Positions 54,053 to 64,000 of a stretch of 64,000 bases of DNA are shown piece after piece; positions within the stretch are counted from its first letter, which is position 1; the number at the start of each line of letters is the position of its first letter. Where the stretch lies: the NCBI GenBank assembly GCA_951406725.2, contig OX597827.1, positions 7,564,001 through 7,628,000 on the forward strand, written 5' to 3'. This DNA comes from Octopus vulgaris. Lineage: Eukaryota. Under the pieces are notes generated by a model. That model saw only the letters and a program-made list of their open reading frames with translations. It had not been told where the DNA came from and ran no database searches. Both the position numbers and the translations under genes were made by a program.

Positions 54053-54279
54053 GTATATATATATATACCATATATACTCAACTGTAAAACACCCTTGCCT
54101 ATATGATGCACGCCCAACTAACAAGGTTCAGATCGGAAATTTTATCATTGACCTGGCTATAAATCACAGTGGTGTTTTTGATGTTGGAGAGCAAGGTTCA
54201 ATTAGGAATCATACCAACATAGTTGTTGTTTTTTCTCTTCATGTTAACAAATAACATGGTATCGAATTAAAACAACAGC

Positions 54280-54922
54280 CGGGGTAAGTTTTGTACTGTC
54301 AGCCATACAAGACCAAATTGCAGAGAAGTGGGCCTTGTTACTCCCTGTAGTTTTTTTTTACTGAAATTGTGTTTTTTTCCTTTAACATTGACTGTTTGTG
54401 TTCCAACCATATCGAAAAAAGGGATGTCTCATCCATATTACTGATTGCTTCCAAGGCAAACTCAGGGCTTTTTTGTAGATCTATTACATACCAATGGAAG
54501 GAATCAACTTTGCTCTCTACATCAGTGGGTAATTTCTGTGTGATATGAGTACTCTGTCTCAGATTGTGGTGCTTCATAAACCTTGTACATCAGCAGGGGA
54601 TGCTTTAAAGTCAGATATACCAGGTTCTTTAGTCACTTGGAGAGCCCACGATCAAATGATGTTTCTTGTGACAAGTCCATTTTTGAGTAGTTCAGTCACC
54701 CACTTTCTCAAAATAGTCACCACTGGGACTAATTCCTATCCTAATTTTCTTTAACATTTTAATGTCAATGGATTTAATTTTCTCCTCTTTCACACACCAA
54801 TCCCAGACCATTTTTCCTGAGACACCAAGTTGTCTTTCTGCAGCTCGATTCAAATATTACTTTGCATATTCAATAACTTTCACCTTGAAAGTGATATCAT
54901 ACGAATTCTTCTTTCTCTTCAT
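54280..54922 (-). mobile_element. Decayed pogo-superfamily transposase (BrkDBD-like N-terminus plus DDE start)
   Basis: MKRKKNSYDITFKVKVIEYAK*YLNRAAERQLGVSGKMVWDW... and ...FALEAISNMDETSLF. A diverged second piece lies at 56790-56965. Confidence 0.75.
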
Positions 54923-55307
54923 GTTAACAAATAACATGGTATTGAATTAAAGAAAGACAGGTATTGAATTAAAGAAAGACAGGTAGGGTACAAAAACAAA
55001 CAAGAATTAAACTCACTTTTAAAAAATTAATTGTTTATTTCATACTAACTGAAGTAAAGAAATATATAAAGAAATATCCAAAGATTGTCTTCTGTGTATT
55101 TTTCAGCTGCGGAATTAGCAATTTAGGTTTTTCCGGCTATTCAAAGTGTCAGAACTTCAGACATGGCTTGTATCTAGAAGATATCTGAAGATTTTTTATA
55201 GGATGCGCTTATAAGTTGAACCCCCAACTTTAGATACCAGGTATACATGGTATATATATATATATATACATATATATATGAACAATATTCCCTCGTATTA
55301 TTATTAT

Positions 55308-55339
<32 letters not shown>

Positions 55340-55379
55340 TACACACACATATACATACATACATACATATGTGTGTGTG

Positions 55380-55427
<48 letters not shown>

Positions 55428-56412
55428 GTATATATATATATATATATTCATACATATATATGTATATATATTATATATATAAATATATATATATATTGTG
55501 TATATGAATATATACACATATATATTATATTATATAGATCATATATATGTATGCATGTATGTATGTATGTATGTATGTATGTATATTAGTCAGAAGAAAG
55601 GGCAGCATCCTTGACCTTTTTTTTTTGCAGATCCTCCAATTCTAGTGGGAAGAAGAGAAGAAATTATCCTCAGACAAGATATCTGGCATGAATGCTTAAG
55701 ACAGAGTGGACTCTCCTAGAGACCCCTAAAGGCCCCTAAAGGCCTGGTCAAATCAGGCAACAGCTTAAGCTTCCTCATGAATAAAAAAAAAAAATCTACC
55801 ATTTTTATTGACATCAAACAGTTCATAAGGATTCACTCACATTTCTTTCCCAAACTGCTAATGATATTAGCTGAAGGCAACATATTAAAAATGTAAACAA
55901 ATATGTGCTTCAGCACAAACTCATTTGTATAATGGTACAAGGTTGCAGGCCAGACAATAATTACTAGTTGTCTGCAGAACAAACAGTTCTCATTCAGTTG
56001 TTCTTTGCTTGTTATGTTAGCCGTAACAGCTGGTGTTCTTAGATATGAAGAATTGTTTCTAGAAAATTATATATTCTGATCTGATATTCAGATTTGACAA
56101 AAACAATTTTGCTTGTTATGAAAGATCAAACAGAAAATTAGATTTTAATATTTGAAGGTAGAATTCCTGTTGGAATTTGTAATCAAAACCAAATCATCAA
56201 CTCCAACAGTTCTAAATCTACTGCTACTCCATAGTGTAGCTGAATGGTTGACAAGTTTATTTCATGATCACGAGATTCTGGGGTTAATTCCACAGCATGA
56301 TATCTTTGGGCATATGTCTTTTTTCAAAGACTCAAGTTGATATCCAAGCATTGTGAATGAAACTAGGTGGGAGGAAGCTGTTTAAAAGCTTATCAGAAAA
56401 ATTATATCAGTA

Positions 56413-56648
56413 AGGTGGTGAACTGGCAGAAACGTCAGCACACCGGGCGAAATGCTTACCGGTATTTCATCTGCCGCTACGTTCTGAGTTCAAATTCTGC
56501 CGAGGTCAACTTTGCCTTTCATCCTTTCGGGGTTGATTAAATAAGTACCAGTTATGCACTGGGGTCGATATAATCGACTTAATCCATTTGTCTGTCCTTG
56601 TTTGCCCCCTCTGTGTTTCGCCCCTTGTGGTCAATAAAGTAGTAAGAA
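56413..56648 (+). mobile_element. SINE family B
   Basis: Flanked by the TSD-like aattatatcag on both sides. Confidence 0.9.
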
Positions 56649-57004
56649 GAATTATATCAGGGATTTAAAAGTCCAGCCTAGCTACATCGCAGTAATTTCC
56701 CCCCAAGAATTATGCTGAATACTCGTGTCTGTAGAATACTAAACCACTTACATGCTAATTCAATAAAGAGTTATATTTTTTTTCCATTAACGTTGACTGT
56801 CTGAGTTCCAACCATATCGAAAAAACAGGACGTCTCATCCATATTACCGATTGCTTCCAAGACAAACTCGTGGCTCTTTTGTAGATCTATTACATACCAA
56901 TGGAAGTAATCAACTTTGCTCTCTACATCAGTGGGGTAATTTCTGTGTGATATGAGTACTCTGTTGACTGAGTAACTGCATAAACATCATCAAAACTTGT
57001 GGGT

Positions 57005-57207
57005 ATCTCTTTTACTTGTTTCAGTCATTTGACTGCGGCCATGCTGGAGCACCGCCTTTAGTCGAACAAATCGACCCCAAGACTTATTCTTTGTAAGCCC
57101 AGTACTTATTCTATCGGTCTCTTTTGCCGAACCGCTAAGTGACGGGGACGTAAACACACCAGCATCGGTTGTCAAGCAATGCTAGAAGGACAAACACAGA
57201 CACACAA

Positions 57208-57260
<53 letters not shown>

Positions 57261-57425
57261 TATGACAGGCTTCTTTCAGTTTCCGTCTACCAAATCCACT
57301 CACAAGGCTTTGGTCGGCCCGAGGCTATAGCAGAAGACACTTGCCCAAGATGCCACGCAGTGGGACTGAACCCGGAACCATGTGGTTGGTTAGCAAGCTA
57401 CTTACCACACAGCCACTCCTGTGCC
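57005..57425 (-). mobile_element. SINE family A
   Basis: Full copy. Confidence 0.9.
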
Positions 57426-57740
57426 TATTTATTTATTTATTTATTTATTTTTTTTCTCCACTCTTTTCTCTTACCTTAACCCACATCTCTTAGCACAAAA
57501 TGGCTTGTCCACTTTAAGTCTCATAGTCTGGTGAGCTGCATGGCAACTGCTCTAGTGCTGGTGACATGAAAAAAAAAAGCATCTAGTACACACTGTGGAT
57601 GGCATTAGAAAGGCCATCCAGCCATAGAAATCATGTGAAAACAGTCACTGGAGCACTCCTTGTCTCCTTGGACCCAACAGATCCTTTCAAATCATCCAAC
57701 CCATGCCAGCATGGAACAAAGATGTTCAGTGATGATGATA

Positions 57741-57783
<43 letters not shown>

Positions 57784-58128
57784 CAGTTGAGAATGGTAAG
57801 GTATTTGGTATCTGAATCAGCAGAATTGGTGCAAGAAGTGTGTTGAGGTCAAAAAGAGTTATCTCTGAGGGTATTGAGTTCATAGAAAACAGAGCTAGGG
57901 TAGACGTATTTTGGTGTAGAAGGAAAAATTGTTACACAACTGTTTGTTACAATAAGATTTTGGTAAGCAATTTGAGACAGGAGATAAACCTTGCAGAATA
58001 TGAAAAAGAAACTTTCAAGCAAAGTCACGCTTGCTAATGTTCAGTTGAAGGATGTGAATGTTTAAGAGAATGTACAGTCCAGACACATCCTCAGAAAAGA
58101 AGAGGAAATATGCAGTATACATATCATA

Positions 58129-58432
58129 TGTGGAGGCACAATGGCCCAGTGGTTAGGGCAGCGGACTCACGGTCGTAGGATCGCGGTTTCAATTCCCAGA
58201 CCGGGCGTTGTGTGTGTTTATTGAGCGAGAACACCTAAAAGTTCCACGAGGCTCCGGCAGGGGGTGGTGATCCCTGCTGTACTCTTTCACCACTCTTTCT
58301 CTCACTCTTTCTTCTGTTGGCCTGCTCGCTTAGCCAGCGGGGTGGCGTCATTCGAAGGCTAAAACAATGCAAATGCATTGTGACCAGCGATGTGTAACAA
58401 CATCTGATGGTCTGGTCAGTCACGTGATCACA
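58129..58432 (+). mobile_element. SINE family C, tail type 2
   Basis: Same tRNA-like head as type 1, different 3' part ending ggtcagtcacgtgatcac. Confidence 0.8.
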
Positions 58433-60544
58433 TAGCATATATATGTAATATACAGAACAAGGAAGACTTAGAGTTATGGTGTGCGTGATATGTGCCTCAG
58501 AATAAAATACGTTATGTGATTTGCAAGCAACCATACAGATTAGTGCCCTGCATTGAGGTTGAAGCAAAATTCATTGATTTAAAAGTGTAAGAATTGTCCA
58601 GCAACTTTTTTTGTCATTCTTCCTAGAATTCTCAGAAATGGTTCTTGTTATTATTTAGCCCCAGGTCAACCTCAGTGGAGCAGAACAATAGACACACATG
58701 TTCAAACCATGACTACCTCATGTTTTTCAGGCACAAATTAACTGGCGCTACATTCTTTCATTTCATATAATGTATGATTTCCTTTCTTTAATATGGTACG
58801 GTGGGATTTTTGAGGGAGATTTGGCTGTTTTTGTAGCAGATCCAAGGATGGTTTACTGATTTCCTTGTTGGTTTGATGTTTGTGAGATATTATGAATGTT
58901 TCTTAGAGAAATTGAAAAGGAAATCAAGTCTCATAATCAGCTTCACTGGACACTGATTCACTTCCTATATCAATCAAAGGAAGTTAGTAACCTTGGATGG
59001 GTTACTTGATATTCTGTGCTCACTGGAAAGGAACACTAATCATGAATTATGAAGAGGAAAATGTGAAATTTGAACCCTTTTGATAAGTCTTTTTCTCAAG
59101 AATTTTCAACAGATTCATGTTCCCTTACTATCATGGAAACTTTTCCAATAGGTTTTCTCTGAATTTCTATGGATCCAGGGCAGGTAAAAGACTAGGAAGC
59201 ACTATGTGAAAAACCTATGTTATCTTCGACAAGGTACCTTATGAATTCCTTGCAACAAATTAAACAACACGGGCAGTAGATTTACAGAGTTGATAGCACA
59301 GCAGAAAATGCTTTTGCAATATTGCTCTGGTTCTTTGGGTACTGAGTTCAAATCCATCAGAAGTTAACTTTGCTTTTAAGCTTATTACAGCATTTATTCT
59401 TTAATGTCTATTTTTCTATGCTTGCATGGGTCAGATGGAATCTATTGAGACAGATTTCCTTGGCTGGATGCTTTTCTTGTTGCCAACCCATACCCATTTC
59501 CAGGCAAGGTAATATTTCTCCATGGCTAGACATGTTTCTCATGGAAGACTGGAAAGGAACAACATCATGTGTATGAGTTATACTTGTTTTTTACCATCAT
59601 GTGCATCTATCAAATCTACTCACAAGGCTTTGGTTGGTCTGGGCCTATAGCAGAAAGCAATTGTCTAAAATGCCACATAGTGGGATTGAATCCAAGATCG
59701 CACGGTTAGAAAGCAAACTTCTTAACCACATGGATAAACTAAAGTACTGGTCAAGTTTAATGCATTAGTAGGATTGTTTGTACATCAGGTAAGATATCTT
59801 GTGATACTTGTTATAGTTCTTTGATTTCTGAGTTCTTGGGTGATGAACTTAAACAATTCATCACCCAGTTTATAACTCTCATTTGGTTCCTGGGTACTTT
59901 AGCAAAGTTCCACTTTGTTGCAAGCATTCAATTCAAGTTCAAACAAGATGAGGACAAATATCCGTCAAATGTAAATAATATGAATAATGTAAATAAAGCT
60001 TTTATAGTTTTACTTTTTGTCAGCTCTTTTACAATCAAATAAACTACAAGAATCACATGATGAAGTGTGAGCTAATATACTTTAATTAGAGAACACTGTC
60101 CCACAACCATTATTTTAATTAGTTAATTAATAATTAATTAATAATTACACTCATAGTCCAGAGAAATGATAATAAAATTTAATGATTAAATCTGATTGAG
60201 AATAAGGATGATAGCACCAAAATCTAAATTATGAAATGAAATTAAAGCACTATATTGAAATAGACCCCTCCCATACACACATGTGCATATGTGTACACAC
60301 TCACACACAGATGCACACGTGCACACATATGCGCACGAGCACACATATTCTATTTGTTTGTGTCTATGTTAATTGTTTATGCTAGCTAGCTGAAGTTGTG
60401 TTTTTGTGTCGCCTATCTCTTGCTTAGCAGGAAACTGTAACACCATTATACAGCTTGTGAATATCACAGTGAGACTAAATACACACAGGGAGTACTGTGT
60501 GAGCAAAGTAGGGAGCTTCTGTATGGACGTTTGACTTGCTGAAA

Positions 60545-61087
60545 TCAAAATCGAAGTCGATCAACATCAATGGAAATTGCGGCTGTGATACCAGTACCGG
60601 TGACAAGTAAGCGAACCATCCGATTGTGGCCGTTGCCAGCGCCGCCCCGACTGGTCTCTGTGCCGGTGGCACGTAAAAGCACCGTCCGTTCGTGTCCGTT
60701 GCCAGCCTCACCTGGTCCCCGTGCCGGTGGCACGTAAAAGCACCATCCATTCATGGCCGTTTGCCAGCCTCGCCTGGCCCCCATGCCGGTGGCATGTAAA
60801 AAGCACCATCCGTTCATGGCTGTTGCCAGCGCCGCCCCGACTGGCCTCCGTGCCGGTGGCACGTAAAAGCACCGTCCGTTCGTGTCCGTTGCCAGCCTCA
60901 CCTGGTCCCCGTGCCGGTGGCACGTAAAAGCACCATCCGTTCGTGGCCGTTTGCCAGCACCATCTGGCACCTGTGCGGGTGGCACGTAAAAAGCACCCAC
61001 TACACTCGCGGAGTGGTTGGCGTTGAACCGTCCAACCCATGCTAGCATGGAAAACGGACGCTAAATGATGATGATGATGATGATGAT
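60545..61087 (+). mobile_element. RTE-type 3' end with ~60-65-bp tandem array
   Basis: Same unit family as 18025-18537 with a ~190-bp higher-order period (gccgccccgactgg at ~60641 and ~60831); (tga)n tail. A related minus-strand copy is at 61943-62225. Confidence 0.75.
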
Positions 61088-61382
61088 GTGCCCTAACTCA
61101 ACAGTTTGATAAATTAGATATCATCAAAATAAGTATTAGACAGAAATATGAACTAGAATCAATATTGTTGACTGGAATCTGTGAAGGTGGTGCTTAGCCA
61201 CAGTCTAATGACTAAATCCAGTGAAAGAGAGTAATATAGAATCACTTGAAAACAGAGAAAACTGTGGTGCTTCAGAACGTGATGTAAGAGAGAGTATTAA
61301 AGAGCAGACAAATAAATGTCATCTATGCTTATACAAATATTTGCAAATACAATGTGAGTGTTTTTTTTATGTGTATATGTAT

Positions 61383-61757
61383 ATTCTTTTACTCTTTCAC
61401 TTGTTTCAGTCATTTGACTGTGGCCATGCTGGAGCACTGCCTTTAATCGAGCAACTCGACCCCGGGACTTATTCTTTTGTAAGCCCAGTACTTATTCTAT
61501 CGGTCTCTTTTGCCGAACCACAAAGTGACGGGGACAAAAACACACCAGCATCGGTTATCAAGCAATGCTAGGGGGACAAATACAGACACACATACGACGG
61601 GCTTCTTTCAAGTTTCCGTCTACCAAATCCACTGACAAGGCTTTGGTCAGCCCAAGGCTATAGTAGATGACACTTGCCCAAGATCCCACGTAGTGGGACT
61701 GAACCCGGAACCATGTGGTTGGTAAAGAAGCTACTTACCACACAGCCACTCCTGCGC
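61383..61757 (-). mobile_element. SINE family A
   Basis: Copy lacking most of the internal microsatellite. Confidence 0.85.
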
Positions 61758-63619
61758 ACAGATATAAATATATTTGTGCATGTAAATAACTATACTTAAA
61801 TATATATGTAGAGATATCTAAATCCTAAATGTGCATTGCATACATACACAAATGTATTTACACAAATGTATATTGATAAGGTGGGACATTTGAAGAACTA
61901 TTTCTTTCAGTGTTGAATGTAATGTCTAGTTTTCATTAGTTATCATCATCATGATCATCATCATCGTTTAACGTCCGTTCTCCATGCTAGCATGGGTTCG
62001 ACGGTTCGACCGGGGATCTGGGAAGCCAGAAGGCTGCACCAGGCTCCGGTCTTATCTGGCAAAGTTTCTACCGCTGGATGCCCTTCCTAACACCAACCAC
62101 TCCGTGAGTGTAGTGGGTGCTTTTTACGTGCCACCTGCACTGGTGCCAGGTGAGGCTGGCATCGGCCATGGTCGGATTGGTGCATTTTACATGCCACCTG
62201 CACGGAGGCCAGTCGAGGCGGCACTGACTCACCATATTCTCACAAGATCCAATTTAACTTTTATCTTTCCAGGGTCCATATATTTTAACTTAACCAACTG
62301 CTTCCTACTTCAAACTTTTTGGGCCTTATGCCAGCATGGGCTGCAAGGCCAATGACCAGCATAGATTAACTGACCATTCAACTAGTTGTGAATCAAAAAG
62401 GTGGATTGTCTAATGACACTAGTTAGAAACAGTCTTTTTTACAAACACAGTAAAAGCACACGTAACATAACAAGACATCCTTCTTTATACATGGGAGGGG
62501 TAAAGCAAACAAGTAAACAAAAAAAAAAAGGAAAAGAAATACAAAAACAAAAGCATATTTTTTTCTTCATTTTCGTCTTATTTTTTTTTATTTGTAGAAT
62601 TCTTGAAAGTACAAGATTAAAAACACATTTTAATTGTGTTTGTTGTTCTGTAAAGAACATCTTAACCTTGATTCTTTTCTCCTGTGATTCCCTTTTGACA
62701 CAAATGTCTTCCATTCATTTGGAGATCGTGAAAACAATTTAAGGTGTACTCGGGCATACATACATTGACAGCTATAACAACACCCCCTCCCTTTCCCAAC
62801 CAGTCTTCAACACTCGTTTCAGGTCCTTCTCCTTCTCCTCCTTCTGTTACTGCCTTCACTTTTGCACTTCTCAATAGTCCTGACACATCCCTTCAAAAGA
62901 AATTTTCACAGGATTACGCTGACAAAGCCGAAATGAAAGGTTCGTGGATTGGAGCTCTCCTCACAATCCACTGATCAGGAAATGTTACTGTAATGTCATT
63001 TCCTCACACATCCATATAATTGCTTCATATTTTTATTATTATTTTTAATTCAGTGATAACATCAAACACGACAATTTGTGTGTTTAGTCTCCTTTTCATT
63101 TGTTTGATTTTTTTCTTTTATTTGTTTCAGACTGTGGCCATGCTGGGGCAACACCTTGAAGAATTTTTAGTGAAATGAATTCACCCCAGTACCATTTTTT
63201 TTTAAAGCTTGGAACTTATTCTATTGGTTTCTTTTGCTGTACTGCTAGGTTACAGAGAAGTAAGCACACCAACACCAGTTATCAAGCAGTCGTGGGGCAT
63301 AAACACAGATACAGAAACACATACACACGTAGATATACCTGTATACACACATACACACACATATATATGATGGGCTTCTTTCAGTTTCCAAATCAATTCA
63401 CAAGTCTTTGGTCAGCCAGAGGCTAAGGGAGAAGACACTGGTCTAAGGTGTCACACAGTGGGACTGAACCTGGAGCCATGTGGTTGGGAAGCAAGCTTCT
63501 TGCCACACAGCCATGCCTGCATCCATTTTCTTGAAATTTTTATGACAAGAAAATAATTTGAAACCTTTTTTTAGTGTGTGAATCTTTATATGCAAAGATA
63601 TCAGGGAGTAGGAGTGTGT

Positions 63620-63960
63620 CATAGGATCACGGTTTCGATTCCCAGACTGGGCGTTGTGGGTGTTTATTGAGCGAAAACACCTAAAGCTCCACGAGGCTCC
63701 AGCAGGGGATGGTGGTGATCCCTGCTGTACTCTTTCACCACAACTTTCTCTCACTCTTACTTCCTGTTTCTGTTGTACCTGTATTTCAAAGGGCCGGCCT
63801 TGTCACTCTCTGTGTCACACTGAATATCCCTGAGAACTACGTTAAGGGTGCACGTGTCTGTGGAGTGCTCAGCTACTTACACGTTAATTTCACGAGCAGG
63901 CTGTTCCATTAATCGGATCAACCGGAACCCTCGTCGTCGTAACCGACGGAGTGCTTCCAC
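63620..63960 (+). mobile_element. SINE family C, tail type 3
   Basis: Shares ggtttcgattcccagac.gggcgttg...ctttctctcactct with the 58129 copy, then diverges (...gagaactacgttaagggtgcacgtg...cgtaaccgacggagtgc). Confidence 0.8.
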
Positions 63961-64000
63961 CACCTGAGTATAATTGTGTTTGTCTGTTTTACATGTTTTG

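Noticed and set aside
62662-62974. Overlapping plus and minus ORFs in apparently unique sequence as further exons
   Set aside because: No recognisable domain and no convincing minus-strand acceptor/donor pair in phase with the 52138 exon.

Overview
AT-rich eukaryotic DNA packed with microsatellites and tRNA-derived SINEs. The repeat landscape resembles an octopus (coleoid cephalopod) genome; this assignment is from memory of the families, not a search. Almost all ORFs in the supplied track are artefacts of (CA)n/(TA)n/(CATA)n/(TATC)n/(ACC)n tracts or SINEs. The only host coding sequence I can support is two minus-strand exons that splice in frame through canonical sites: 52138-51988 (151 nt, phase 0 to 1) and 41902-41643 (contains the stop). 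They encode a ~136-aa cytoplasmic tail with a protocadherin CM1-like motif (DSGHGGSE), YEEL and KPLPPIP. No cadherin-repeat or transmembrane exon is in the window, so these are probably the 3' exons of a protocadherin lying beyond 64000, possibly constant exons shared across a cluster. The rest is three SINE families, RTE, CR1/L2-like and R4-like LINE remnants, mariner, pogo, hAT and piggyBac-type elements (including a ~450-bp palindromic MITE dimer), minimal hammerhead-ribozyme-like motifs, minisatellites and a possible decayed type II membrane protein gene near 1.4-2.7 kb.
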